Below are positions 1 to 13,698 of a stretch of 46,326 nucleotides of DNA, piece after piece. The translations under genes and the position numbers were made by a program. Each line of letters starts with the position of its first letter. The first letter of the stretch is position 1. This DNA comes from Octopus bimaculoides (Eukaryota). Where the stretch lies: NCBI RefSeq assembly GCF_001194135.2, contig NC_068988.1:63284672-63330997 (forward strand), given 5' to 3'. Under the pieces are notes generated by a model, which was not told the DNA's origin, searched no databases, and worked only from the letters and a program-made list of their open reading frames with translations.

Positions 1-395
1 ATGTATATATATATATATATATAAGAAAGGATGTCTGTGTGTGTCCGTGTGTGTAGTACGTATGCATTTCTAGTTTTTCCAACTGATTTTCACTAACTTT
101 ACACATACATTACCTCTGTGACAAGGATGGTCATTCACTATATTATTTGGCCCAGAGCTCCCATGTAAAACGAGAAACCGGGGAAGAAAGGTGTTTTACA
201 CGTGTTTTTCTCTAAAAACCTTTGCAGTTTTCAAAGGAGCTTCTCCCCTTTTTCTCTCTGTTTAGTTTTCTCTTCTCTCTCTTTTTTCTTATTCTCTGTT
301 TCTCTTGCTTACACATATTCTCTCTCATCCTCTGTAATAGTTCCTCTCTTTTAGTCTATATCTGTTTCTTTCACGCTATTCACGGGAGTAGATTG
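1..395 (+). mobile_element. Possible non-autonomous Helitron-like element (5' end runs into window start)
   Basis: TA-run then aagaaaggatgtctgtgtgtgtcc, a ctgattttcactaacttt motif, an internal CT-rich tract and ttcacgggagtag near 377-390, similar to the 3' end at 23505-23525. Pattern resemblance only. Confidence 0.3.
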
Positions 396-748
396 AGAGA
401 AGCGGAAGGACAGAATACATTAGTATTAATCATCAGGCTAGTGATAATAGTAGAGGTGGAAGGTGGGAGGAAGAGGAAAGGGATGATTAGATAGTATGTA
501 TATGAAGACTTTTATGTTAGTTTTTTATGAAGGCTATAGTGTTGAGTTTGAGATAGGGAAATGGGATGGCTATTATTTGAAGAAGAATGCACTGGTTCAG
601 TAGTGAGAATATGGTCAAAAGAATTTGATAGTGGGAGAAAGGAATTGGATTGGTATTAGAGGGGGTGAGTGTGTGTTGTCATAAAGAGAGGTGTATGGAA
701 TTGAATAACATGGTGTGAGTGAGGAGGGAAGAAGTATATTGGTAGGTT

Positions 749-783
749 TCCAAAAGTACTTAGTATAACTAAGTACTTTTGGA
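749..783. repeat. Perfect inverted repeat, 16-bp arms and 3-nt loop
   Basis: tccaaaagtacttagt-ata-actaagtacttttgga, read directly. Confidence 0.95.
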
Positions 784-1989
784 GTTTGGGGTAGGGGAGA
801 GGTTAAGAGGGAATTAATTGATGTGAAGAATTTGGAATGAATTACAGATGTGAGTATGAGAAAGAATAAGTCGTTGCAAGGCTGACTTTGTCTTAGTTTA
901 AGGTTTCTGGGGGTATGGAACACCGTGAAACGAATACTCTAACGACTTAGCCATGTTACTTCAGAGCCAGTAAGTATATTTCCATTAAAAGAACGAAAGC
1001 CTGTCAGAGTGATATATCAAACGATGAACCATTAATTATAGAATGTCCAACCGCCAGTCCAAAATTATAAAATCATATAACGGATGATATTGATAGACAC
1101 TATTCTAATCCGTCTCATTACATATTCACAAGTTTACAACACAGTTCTATGAAAATGTTGCTTTTTGGCAAACTGAAATCCATCTATTGTGCTTTACCAT
1201 GAAGTACTAAATACAGCTTGGAAAAATTACTTTATATAATCCCCCCTGAAGTGCAAATGTACCTACATATATCACAAAGCGCATTCTAGAAACGTTCACC
1301 CACCCACGTTAATATAGTCATCATAAAATCTTTAACGGAATGTATGTTACTGTAACCTACACTTGTTTTGTTAAATATAGGATTGGATGGCAAACTTACA
1401 ACTAAACTAAAAAAAAGACACTCAACGCAAATATAACTGCGGGAATATAAATACCACTTATCAGAAAATTGCTGCTAGAAGTACAGGAATCATAGACGTC
1501 GTAAAACGTATCATACGCTGGAGAAATTACTTATATCAAGTTAAATAAAAACTCATGTAAATTCCGACATACATAACACACATCAATGTTGAGGTACATG
1601 AAAGAGAGGATTTCCTGTTCATTAAAGAAATAGAAATTAGTTACCTTACTTTTAGGAGGAAAAATATAAACAGTCACAAAATAAAATGAAGAATATCTAT
1701 AAATTCAAATCATACAATTTCCGGAGCAGTTAACGCAGTATTGCGTAATTAAGCAACTCTGGATATTAAAGTAGCATTCCACTTCTTGAAGATGTGAGAT
1801 GAAACAATTTTCTTCTTAGATGCATTCGAGAAAATTGTAGTTTAGAATGATTCACACATACTTATGTGCTGGTTGACATATATTTACAAACAACATGAAT
1901 CTACATACGATGTTCAGGATTTTGATAGCAAAATTACTTATCACATTTCAGTTGTGTACCATGGAGCTATATTCCATATATATTAATTT

Positions 1990-2190
1990 CAAATTTTGGC
2001 ACAAGGGCAGCTATTTCGGTGGAGAGGTAATATGATGGCATCGACCACAATACATGATTGGTACTAGTTTTATGGACCCACAAATGATGAAAAAAAAGCC
2101 GACATTGATGGCATTTCAAGTTAGAATTTATAGACAGGAGAAATGTCGTGAAGCAATTTTCCCGGTGCCATAACGATTCTGCTAGCTCGA
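1990..2190 (-). mobile_element. tRNA-derived SINE family A, degenerate
   Basis: Reverse complement of the family A head (cgagctagcagaatcgtta) and body (gtaccaatcatgtattgtggtcgatg) seen in the copies at 27667 and 45765. Confidence 0.7.
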
Positions 2191-2414
2191 AGTATTTGTT
2201 GTATATATGTATATAAGATTTGTTGCGCTGGCTTCAGAACGTGAAGGTAATTTTCTTTAACTGAGTTAACTTCTAATTAGGATTTTGAGACACGAATAAA
2301 TGTATTTATTTTGAGCAATGACTTCAAATCATACACCAGTCTTGCTTTTATGCCATTAACAAATTCGATGTTGCTTTGTAATCATTGCCTCCATAGATAA
2401 GCGTTATGTATTGT

Positions 2415-2640
2415 GATCCTGGGCCGACAAATGCCGTCTGAGTGGAAGTAGAAAACAAAAACTGCGTGAAATCTTGTCCAGAGTATACATACATATATGT
2501 GTGTGAATGTGTGTGCATGTGTGTCAGTGTGTGTGTTTTGTCCTCATACAACCATTTGATTTTTTTCAGTCTTTGAAACTTAGCGAGTTGGCTCATTGGG
2601 CGATGTGATAAATGCCAGACTAAAATTGAAGTGCTGGGGT
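2415..2640 (+). mobile_element. SINE family B body, degenerate
   Basis: gggccgacaaatgccgtctgagtggaagtag, then a TG tract, then ttgtcctc...acaacc; collinear with the copy at 36226. Confidence 0.55.
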
Positions 2641-3444
2641 TATGCTGGTGTGTACCGCCATAGAAATCAGCTGTCCTGCAGATGTGAATACATCTTTCAA
2701 AAACCTGTGAACGAAAATAACATAGCGGTTCGACAAAATAGATTCTGATGTAATGTAGCGTTCAGAAGTCCAAGAGATGCAGCGCTATATGTCAATGTTA
2801 CTGTCTTCTTCAGGTCCTTGGAAAACATATCAAAGCATAGTCTTTTTTTTTTCCTCAGAGTTTGATATCCAGATCTCCTTTGAGTTATGTTAGTCTTGTG
2901 ATTTTGTGGTTGAATGGGAGATAATCAGGAAAAGAAATTTTCCTGAGGAGCACCCTGCAGAAAAGTAAGATACGTTTCACTTCACTTTTCATCACAATAT
3001 TAACTTATTCGTGTATGTATGTATGTATGTATGTAGATGGGACGGCTATCATCTGTCAAGTTGAAGCAATCATCATGTATGTATGTAAGTATGTATGTAT
3101 GCATGTATGTATGTTCATACGTATATGCGCATGTACATACGTATGCATGTATATATGTATATATGTATGTATATATTATGCATGTATGTATGCATATGTA
3201 ACTACATATATTGATTTACCTGCATAATTTGATTTATTTCTTTTAGGTATAAGTATTTATATGTTTATTTCGCTAATCAATTGTTTTTGATTAACATTTC
3301 ATGATGGTAATTACTTTTTACGCCAAACACTAAGCAATAGATGAGATACATATTCTCCCTCTCAATACACACTATGGGGACACGAACACACTCGCTATCG
3401 CACTGATAGACTAGCTGATATATATGTATGTATATATATATATG

Positions 3445-3445
<1 letters not shown>

Positions 3446-3495
<50 letters not shown>

Positions 3496-3505
3496 NNNNN
3501 NNNNN

Positions 3506-3570
<65 letters not shown>
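3446..3570. repeat. (CA)n-(TA)n compound microsatellite with a 10-N gap
   Basis: Direct reading. Confidence 0.95.
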
Positions 3571-3575
<5 letters not shown>

Positions 3576-3729
3576 TATGCGTACATACATACGTATATAC
3601 ATACATACGTGTGTATACATTCATAAATACGGAGAAATATATTGAAATATATCTGTTGCAGAGTGCCAGGAATGAGTCACACAAAAATAATAAAAACATA
3701 TTCGACCACTGCTACTAATGCTGCTGCTA

Positions 3730-3775
3730 CTACTACTATTAATCCTCTTACTACTACTACTACTACTACTACTAT

Positions 3776-3818
<43 letters not shown>

Positions 3819-3827
3819 GCTACTACC

Positions 3828-3862
<35 letters not shown>

Positions 3863-3870
3863 CAACAACA
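3730..3870. repeat. (CTA)n-(TAA)n-(CAA)n compound trinucleotide microsatellite
   Basis: Direct reading; it explains the poly-T, poly-N and poly-S ORFs at 3621-4058. Confidence 0.95.
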
Positions 3871-4837
3871 ACAGCATTAATAATAAAGTGACTACTACAA
3901 CTAATAATAACAATCATAAATTTTGTCATTTTTATTTTCGTTATATTTGTTACTGTTATCTTTATTATCATTATAATATTAATAGTTGTAATATTATTAT
4001 CAATAATACAAATGTAAAATAACCAAAACAAAAATGCTAATAACAAGAGCAAAAGCAAACAGTTCCATGTGGTATGGAATAAGAGAAGTGAATAGGCATG
4101 TGACTTGTAAACTACTGGATGCTATCACCACGAACGCAATGCGTTGACATCATCAATATTAATTAGTGCAAGGCCCCGTATGCATGTAAGAAAGCAGTAT
4201 CAATTAGGGCCGCTGGTGTTATGAAAGGAAATGCTGTTAAATATATATCATAAATAGATTAACTCTGAGTTAATAATACAGAAGGAAGATATTAAATATC
4301 AGTGGCAAACATTGACGTAATAGATGGGTTTTCAATGCCTTCCTTTAATAATGTGTTCTTTGATTGGGTACAAGGCCAGATTTATTAAGAAGGGAATGTA
4401 ATCGATTAAATCGATTGATGTATTGTCGCTGCTATTTATGTCAGTGAATCTGGAAGAAGAGAATTTTGAATTACGGCACATAATTAATCGAGAGACAAGA
4501 ATCCACACAGATACGGAGAGAGGAAATGTCTTTACAGAGAAACAGATAGATTCAGAGTTACTGTGCAAAATACGTTGCAGTTGGAAGCCGTTACCGGTTC
4601 AAATATCGCTCGGTCATATTTCAACGTGCAGGCGTGTCTGTGAAGTAGAAAATCGCCTCTCAACGAAATGGTTCCGGGTTCGGTACCGCACAGTTACACA
4701 GAGGGTAAAGTCTCCACATTTATAGAAGACAGAGAGGCACATAGATTTAGAGATACTGCGGATATAGAATAGGCTGCAGTAGGAAGCAGGTTACAGGTTC
4801 AAATAACGTTCAAACATATTTGATTGGGTAATTTTAT

Positions 4838-5131
4838 CTGTGAGATGAGAAGTTTGCTTCCCAACCACAATGTCCCGGTTTCAGTCCCACTGCGAGGCAA
4901 CTTGGTCAAGTATCTTCTAATATAGCTCCATGCAGACCGAAGTCTTATATGTGAATTTGTAGATAGAAACTGAAAGAAAGTCATCGTGTATGTATGTATG
5001 CGTATGGCGAAGGGAGTGATTGTGTGTGTCTTTGTCAAGCGGTGTTGGATTCTTAATGTTCCTGTAAATGAGTGTGGGGGTCGGCAAAAGAGATCGATAG
5101 AATAAGCACCAGGCTTTCCAAAATAAGTTCC
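4838..5131 (+). mobile_element. tRNA-derived SINE family B (CORE-like body), near full length
   Basis: tRNA-like head with B-box ggtttcagtccc, CORE-like aacttggtcaagtatctt, then gaaactgaaagaa and tail ggcaaaagagatcgatagaataagcacc. Confidence 0.85.
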
Positions 5132-5509
5132 AAAATAATTTGCAAGAGCTTCACCATCAATGTTGTATGTCATGGATGTNNNNNNNNNNNNNNNNNNNNN
5201 NNNNNNNNNNNNNNNNNNNNNNNNNNNNNNNNNNNNNNNNNNNNNNNNNNNNNNNNNNNNNNNNNNNNNNNNNNNNNNNATATATATGCAATAAGATATA
5301 TATATCCGTGTGCATGTATCTTCTTGTGTCTGCGTGTATGTATAAGAAAGAGTATTTGATTCAATTGGCAGATAATGTGTAATTGAGTTCCTTGTGCGAT
5401 TACTGAATACTCTGAGTTTCAGAGCCCAGAAATATGTACATCGAGAATCACAGCCACACATACGCGCCGATATAAACTCCCATACAGATACATATAAACA
5501 TATAAATAC

Positions 5510-5541
<32 letters not shown>

Positions 5542-5625
5542 ATGTGTGTGTGTGTATGTGTGTGTGTGTGTGTGTGTGTAGTGAAGTGAACTGATGAAAA
5601 AAACATCAACAATTATACCAATGGG

Positions 5626-5659
<34 letters not shown>

Positions 5660-6474
5660 TGAGAGATAGAAAGACATACATAGATAGATATATATACATA
5701 TGTATATAGATATATATATAAATACATATGTGTGTGTGTGAATATATCTATATATTTCTATATAGTATTTACATACGTATGCATATACACATTACTCTGT
5801 ATGTGTATATGTTTGTATATTTTAGCGCAATTACATATACAAATTTCATGTGCACGCGAGTGTGTTTGTGAGAGAGGGAGAGAGAGAGGGGGGAGAGTCG
5901 AAATGTGAAAGAGAACGAGAGAAAGATGAAACAAAAAAAAACAGTATCTTCCTTGTCTATCGAGAAACAACGTATAGTAAAAGAGAAAAATGAAGTAAAA
6001 ATATAAAGAAAATAAATAAAAAGGAAAACAAACAAGGAAAAATAAAAGAAATCGATGAAAGCAATACAGAGTAGAGAGAGTGAAAAATGAAAGGCAGAGA
6101 GGAATTAGTTGACACATGTTCTGCTTCGCTGATATTCATCTCCGTCTAGTCAAGCATGACACTTTTATCTTTGCAGGAATAAATCTTTCCTAAAATACAG
6201 ATTTTTTGCTTTGTCAGAGAAACATTGTAAAGTTGACGACCTGGCAACGACTTTTAGCTAGGTAACATAGCAAGATCTATGATTGCAGAGAAATTTTGAA
6301 ATAAAAGGATATATATCTATGTATGAATGCGTGTGCCTCTCCCCCTCTCTCTCTCACTCTCTCTTTCTCTCTCCCTCTCTCTCTCTTTCTCTCTCTCTCT
6401 TTCTCCTTCTCTTTGAATATATATTTACACGCACAAACAATTGTACACACATATACACGTATATATACACACAC

Positions 6475-6526
<52 letters not shown>

Positions 6527-7431
6527 NNNNNNNNNNNNNNNNNNNNNNNNNNNNNNNNNNNNNNNNNNNNNNNNNNNNNNNNNNNNNNNNNNNNNNNNNN
6601 NNNNNNNNNNNNNNNNNNNNNNNNNNNNNNNNNNNNNNNNNNNNNNNNNNNNNNNNNNNNNNNNNNNNNNNNNNNNNNNNNNNNNNNNNNNNNNNNNNNN
6701 NNNNNNNNNNNNNNNNNNNNNNNNNNNNNNNNNNNNNNNNNNNNNNNNNNNNNNNNNNNNNNNNNNNNNNNNNNNNNNNNNNNNNNNNNNNNNNNNNNNN
6801 NNNNNNNNNNNNNNNNNNNNNNNNNNNNNNNNNNNNNNNNNNNNNNNNNNNNNNNNNNNNNNNNNNNNNNNNNNNNNNNNNNNNNNNNNNNNNNNNNNNN
6901 NNNNNNNNNNNNNNNNNNNNNNNNNNNNNNNNNNNNNNNNNNNNNNNNNNNNNNNNNNNNNNNNNNNNNNNNNNNNNNNNNNNNNNNNNNNNNNNNNNNN
7001 NNNNNNNNNNNNNNNNNNNNNNNNNNNNNNNNNNNNNNNNNNNNNNNNNNNNNNNNNNNNNNNNNNNNNNNNNNNNNNNNNNNNNNNNNNNNNNNNNNNN
7101 NNNNNNNNNNNNNNNNNNNNNNNNNNNNNNNNNNNNNNNNNNNNNNNNNNNNNNNNNNNNNNNNNNNNNNNNNNNNNNNNNNNNNNNNNNNNNNNNNNNN
7201 NNNNNNNNNNNNNNNNNNNNNNNNNNNNNNNNNNNNNNNNNNNNNNNNNNNNNNNNNNNNNNNNNNNNNNNNNNNNNNNNNNNNNNNNNNNNNNNNNNNN
7301 NNNNNNNNNNNNNNNNNNNNNNNNNNNNNNNNNNNNNNNNNNNNNNNNNNNNNNNNNNNNNNNNNNNNNNNNNNNNNNNNNNNNNNNNNNNNNNNNNNNN
7401 NNNNNNNNNNNNNNNNNNNNNNNNNNNNNNN
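6527..7431. other. Assembly gap (example; others at 5180, 9469, 11362, 13208, 15334, 16510, 17681, 18358, 20189, 24078, 25247, 26743, 41212, 42552)
   Basis: N runs, mostly bounded by dinucleotide or trinucleotide repeats. Confidence 0.99.
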
Positions 7432-7448
7432 GAGAGAGAGAGAGAGAG

Positions 7449-7479
<31 letters not shown>

Positions 7480-9943
7480 GATAGATATACGTGTGTATGC
7501 GCGCGTGTATTTATGTGTATGTATTTGTGCCCATGCGTGCGTGCAAATGTGTGCGTGTGTGCGTGTGTGCTTGTGTGTGCTTTTGTGTGACCGCGCGCTC
7601 GTTTGCGTGTTGGATATATATTGTACGTTTGGGGGATTAGAGTGAATGTGTTGCTATGCATATGTTGCTATGGAAGTTATCCCTTATGAAATGATGCAGG
7701 ATACCGATGTTATATAACCTCATTTCTTACGTTTTAAAGGAAAATTTTCTTAAAATTCTTCTATGCTCTCCCCCTCTTTTCTGAAAATAGCAGCTGAATT
7801 ACATATGTATCATATACACGATATAATCTAAAATTTAACAAACTAACCCTCCAGTTACAAAGTTCCACCTTCCATCTCATTCGCAGCATTTCGGCCAAAC
7901 GTCATTTAAATGTCGTGCAGAACGACTCAAAGATGTCTTAGTCATACTGGAGAGAATGATTTACAGAAGCCTATAGACTGGTCGTCCCAGTAATTCCAGT
8001 TCGGCTCTTGTAGAAAACTGTCACGTGGTGATTCTACTTGAGAATTTCTTTAAGAATAGACCAACCACGTATACGCCGATCCAACGGAAAAATAAAATTA
8101 CACGTGAGTAAAATTATCTGGAAAATATTTCAATGATATAGTATATAATGTGGAATTAGATACAGTATATTTCGAAAAGTTTGACGATATTGCCACAGGC
8201 CTAATGTTCCTAAGAATCAATTAGGAATGGTATCAAGCGAAATAACAATAATGAATAGCGAGAACATATTATGCGAAATCACTAAAAAATAATTCTATGC
8301 GATTGTGATATTCCAGTAATTCCTGTTCTATCTCAAATTGTCCAACTTTGTCACCGTCATAACCAATAACATACTCCAGCATCATACTCCAACTCATTAC
8401 CTCTTCTCAGAAGTTTATCTTTTTGCAATGGCATTGTCATGTGCTGCTGCCGGGTTCGTTCAGCGCCAGGCTATCTCTGAATGACAACAAATGCAATTAC
8501 ATATATTCCGCTCTAGATTAACATAGTTGTAATTTTATTTATTCACTGGATTACGGCATAGTATGAGTTTTGTCTACTATATAAACAACAGGGTACAATT
8601 TGGGGCTAATTTGATATTGGTTACATGAGGAAATGTAGTTGTATGGAGGATCGCTTATTGGTTCATTTTCAGATATTATCGCGTAACTCGCCATATCTCA
8701 TCTGCGATTCTTTGTGTATATAGAAATACTTCCTAACTTAAAACATTTATCAGAGAAACTTTCAAAATCATCAGCGTGTTTATCACATACGGAAGCTGGA
8801 CATTCATTACAGAGAATAGAATTCAAGAAATAAGATATATCACTAAAATGAATGTCTTAAGTTTGGAGTAAAATATTTAATACGTTGTTAAATAAGTGAA
8901 ATTTATTATAAATTTTATTGTTTTAGACAATAGAGAAATGTCGGCTTTTCAATTTCCTATTTCTCAAATAAACACCGAAGTTATCATAGCGATTGGAGAT
9001 GTCATTCGATAGATATTACGGTATTCGAAGCAGTTGCAAATAATTTAATATGACATCTTTATGATTATGCTACCTTCTTCTCTTTCTTCCTTCATTATTG
9101 ATATCATTCAGTTTAAATAACAATTTCGTGAAATGAATTTCTTAAGAATTCTAGCCAGAATTAATTTCAAATATATCATACCATGTCGTCAAAGAATTTT
9201 CATAATATTTATTTCGCCAATCACAGCATCAATCATGTTCGAAATAACAAGTAGCAGTTTAATATTAAAATATGGTTTCGTATACAATTTCCTACTCTAT
9301 GCGTTCCTACACATCAGCTTTTATAAATTTAAAGAGGTGCAGTAGAAGGAGACGAAGATAAATTGGGAAATGTATCTTTCTCAAACATATTCAGACGTGT
9401 AATGCATACAATTTACAATACATACAATGTGTTACCGTTAACATTTATATATATATATATATATATATNNNNNNNNNNNNNNNNNNNNNNNNNNNNNNNN
9501 NNNNNNNNNNNNNNNNNNNNNNNNNNNNNNNNNNNNNNNNNNNNNNNNNNNNNNNNNNNNNNNNNNNNNNNNNNNNNNNNNNNNNNNNNNNNNNNNNNNN
9601 NNNNNNNNNNNNNNNNNNNNNNNNNNNNNNNNNNNNNNNNNNNNNNNNNNNNNNNNNNNNNNNNNNNNNNNNNNNNNNNNNNNNNNNNNNNNNNNNNNNN
9701 NNNNNNNNNNNNNNNNNNNNNNNNNNNNNNNNNNNNNNNNNNNNNNNNNNNNNNNNNNNNNNNNNNNNNNNNNNNNNNNNNNNNNNNNNNNNNNNNNNNN
9801 NNNNNNNNNNNNNNNNNNNNNNNNNNNNNNNNNATGTACACGTATATGTATATAGACGGACAAACAAACAGATAGATACATAGATACATACAAAGTTAGA
9901 TAGATAGATAGATATGATCTATATGATAGATGATATGTTGTGA

Positions 9944-9987
9944 TATTATATTATATTATATTATATTATATTATATTATATTATATT
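9944..9987. repeat. (TATTA)n pentanucleotide repeat
   Basis: Direct reading. Confidence 0.9.
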
Positions 9988-10912
9988 TTTTCCTTGAAAT
10001 TCGTTCAATAAAAGAATAATATTTTCCAATGCGCTACTTCATTTATGATAAAAGGCCTGAGATACAAATTTCTTTTTAAAAGATATCACAACAGTCCTTT
10101 CCACCAATTTTTGTTATTTCCTAAAACACTTGAAAATGACAAATCTTTTTACTAATTTAATTTGATATATATTCGTTAATAGGCACTCGCATGATTCCTG
10201 ATACCATTTGTGTATCAATGGGTATATAAGTCTAAACAATATCATGATATTTTCAGTAGCTTATATATAGATAGAAATACGTTCCAAGATTGCTTAAGTA
10301 AATAAAACTTCTCGGGAAGTATATATATACATATATATACATACATACAAAAATTTACATACATTTACATATATATAAATATATACATACGTATATAGAT
10401 ATGCATATATATGTATATATATGTATGTATATATATTCATGTGTTTATATATTTTTTATATATGTATAGGTATATATATATATATGTATATATTTATATA
10501 CATATATGCATATATATGTGTTGTGTATATATATGTATATATTTGTATATGTATATGTAGATATATATATATGTATATGTATATAGATGTGTATGCTTTT
10601 AAATCTCTTTAACAACTCACAATAATGACTTTTATTACCTTTATTCCTACCTCAGTTCATCTAATTGTATATATATATCGTTACTTTTCATAAAAATGCC
10701 TTAACTTTTTTGGCATTTCCAACGTGCATTTTCGCTTATTTTTCTGCTTACTTTCCCCTTACATTTCCACGTGTAGTTTCTATTTTGTTTTTGTAACATA
10801 TTTCTATTATATATATGTACATACGTAGGACGGGTTGCTTTATTTTATTTTTTCCGACGTTACTCTATCTCTTTCTCTTTCTCTTTCCCTTTCTCTTCCT
10901 CTATCCTTTTTC

Positions 10913-11000
10913 CCCCTCTCGTTCTTCCTCTGTTTACTTCTACGTATCTCTCTTTACCCCTCTCGTTCTTCCTCTGTTACTACTACGTATCTCTTATTCC
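10913..11000 (+). repeat. About 44-bp tandem duplication in a CT-rich tract
   Basis: cccctctcgttcttcctctgtttacttctacgtatctc at 10913 is repeated as cccctctcgttcttcctctgttactactacgtatctc at 10957. Confidence 0.85.
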
Positions 11001-11639
11001 CCCCCGTACTTCCTCTCTTCCTCTTATTCTCTCGCTGCTCACCTATTCTTCTACTTCGTCTCTTTGTTTCTCCCTCTACCGCTCTCTCTCTTCCCCTTAC
11101 ACCGGCATGGTCACATGCTTCCGGTCAATAATCATTGGCTATCGCCGAGCAAACACGCGAACTTACTTCGTCCACACTTTCAAGATCGTGCCTCACAGCG
11201 TTCATACACACATATTTTTTCCCGTCTGGCAGTATAGCCTTTTCCGTTTGTTTTCCTGTCTTGTTTTTTGTCCGCCACTACATTCCTCCATGGCAAGGTT
11301 TAATTTGTGTATACAAATTTAATTTGCGGTCCATGGAAAGAGCCGTTTTAACGATGCGTCCNNNNNNNNNNNNNNNNNNNNNNNNNNNNNNNNNNNNNNN
11401 NNNNNNNNNNNNNNNNNNNNNNNNNNNNNNNNNNNNNNNNNNNNNNNNNNNNNNNNNNNNNNNNNNNNNNNNNNNNNNNNNNNNNNNNNNNNNNNNNNNN
11501 NNNNNNNNNNNNNNNNNNNNNNNNNNNNNNNNNNNNNNNNNNNNNNNNNNNNNNNNNNNNNNNNNNNNNNNNNNNNNNNNNNNNNNNNNNNNNNNNNNNN
11601 NNNNNNNNNNNNNNNNNNNNNNNNNNNTATACATATTTT

Positions 11640-11770
11640 GGACGAGTTCTACCGAATCCATTCACAAGGCTTAGACTGGTCCGAGGCAATAATTGAAAAT
11701 GCTTACGCACGTTGCCTCACAGTGTGACTGAAACAAGGAACATGTCTAGTACATAAAACGCTGCACCAGA
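11640..11770 (-). mobile_element. SINE family B 5' half
   Basis: ctaccgaatccattcacaaggctt...ccgaggc...cacagtgtgactgaa matches the reverse strand of the family B head and CORE-like region. Confidence 0.65.
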
Positions 11771-11846
11771 AAACACCGAGTGTCAATACGTGTGAGTGGG
11801 CAAACGAAAAGAAATAATACTGATCTTATTTGAAAGAATTTACATA

Positions 11847-12240
11847 CTGGGTGGGACAGAGAGGACGGACGTTTTTGAAATGGCTACTACTCAACTTCAC
11901 TAGGAGGAACATATGTCCGACACATACCATTCGGTCCGCGGTGTCTCGTCATATTATTTTATTTTCAGGTGAAGTTATGGCGATGTGGACGAGAAAGCAT
12001 TACGAGTTTGCTTACAAGAGTTACGTGAACAACAACGAGTCTGTCACAGTAGTTCAGCGTGAGTTTCGGTACCACATCAACGTTCACCGAAATCTGGCTG
12101 TTCCTACCTACAACATAATCTTACGTTGAGTAAATGCACTTCGCACGCGAAGTACACTAATGAATAGGAGACCGATGGAGGCGCACACGAACTGTACGGA
12201 CCACGGAGGATGTGGAATGCTTCAGAAAGCTTTGATACGG
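11847..12240 (+). mobile_element. Tc1/mariner-superfamily relic: left TIR and N-terminal HTH (DUF4817-like) of the transposase, truncated
   Basis: TA then ctgggtgggacagagaggacggacgtttttgaaatgg is TIR-like. From ~11978 it reads MAMWTRKHYEFAYKSYVNNNESVTVVQREFRYHINVHRNLAVPTYNIILR*VNALRTRSTLMNRRP, with the stop at the position of a usually conserved W. Confidence 0.8.
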
Positions 12241-12685
12241 AGGAGGAGGAGAGGGAGGAGGAGGATGGTGAGTATCACGATATTTGCTTTCGTTTAAATC
12301 TAATTTAAATTACTGATTAATTTCTTACACCATCACAAGGTTATAAATTTCGGTAAAGCATCCAAAGTGGAATTAGATCGAACTCAACACTTCATTAGTT
12401 CCGAATATTATCGACGACCCTGGTAATAAATAAATAAATACATAAATAAATAAATAACTCCCGATATGGTGGGATTCGAAAGCAGAAGAATAAGTAACGA
12501 AAATACATTCCACGTGGCATCCTCTAGATGGTTCCATTATTTCTGTCAAACTAACGCCCTAAGCAATCCACTACCGAGGTAAAAATAGCTATTTTTTTCT
12601 CCCTCCTTCACAGCATCCAAATTACTGTCATCTCATTCCTCCCTCGTACTTAAATATATTCTTTCATACTCAAAACGCATTTCTG

Positions 12686-12690
<5 letters not shown>

Positions 12691-12762
<72 letters not shown>
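12691..12762. repeat. (ATT)n microsatellite
   Basis: Direct reading. Confidence 0.95.
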
Positions 12763-13163
12763 TCTCCCTGCTTGTCAATGTATTTATTTATCATAGGGTT
12801 TTCTACGCGATTACACAAACTTGCTTGCATTCCCATATGCTTAAAACACAAGTGGTTGTTTCACTCTACGATTATTATATCTCATATTCCGGCTCTCATG
12901 ATATTAACGCCATTTGTCTTGCAAAATGAATCCCAATATATTGGTTGATAAGTGTTATCCTGACGTTCTAAAAATATATCTATAACTTATAGCGCGTAAC
13001 TCGAGTTATTTCAGTGTTGTTATTCCTGGTTTACTGAATATTAGCGTGACAAGAAAAATGTACAAATAGATAAATAGAACATCCATATTTTTTCTTTCGT
13101 ATATATTTTTTTTTAGTTTTCCGAACCTATTAGTTTTCAGACGATTGCTATATCACACACACG

Positions 13164-13207
<44 letters not shown>

Positions 13208-13667
13208 NNNNNNNNNNNNNNNNNNNNNNNNNNNNNNNNNNNNNNNNNNNNNNNNNNNNNNNNNNNNNNNNNNNNNNNNNNNNNNNNNNNNNNNNNNNNN
13301 NNNNNNNNNNNNNNNNNNNNNNNNNNNNNNNNNNNNNNNNNNNNNNNNNNNNNNNNNNNNNNNNNNNNNNNNNNNNNNNNNNNNNNNNNNNNNNNNNNNN
13401 NNNNNNNNNNNNNNNNNNNNNNNNNNNNNNNNNNNNNNNNNNNNNNNNNNNNNNNNNNNNNNNNNNNNNNNNNNNNNNNNNNNNNNNNNNNNNNNNNNNN
13501 NNNNNNNNNNNNNNNNNNNNNNNNNNNNNNNNNNNNNNNNNNNNNNNNNNNNNNNNNNNNNNNNNTATATGTTTATATATATATATATATATATATGTTT
13601 ATATATATGTATATATATATACATACATATATATATATTTATGTTTATATATATGTATATATATATC

Positions 13668-13698
<31 letters not shown>

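Noticed and set aside
1210-1945. Three occurrences of an aaattactt motif as an old tandem duplication
   Set aside because: Similarity is limited to about 25 bp of AT-rich sequence with irregular spacing.
2943-2966. CTGAGGA-gcaccctgc-AGAAA as a plus-strand hammerhead core
   Set aside because: There is an extra A before GAAA, and no stem I or stem III.
10913-11000. CRISPR-like repeat array
   Set aside because: Only two adjacent units with no spacers, in eukaryotic low-complexity DNA, with no cas genes.
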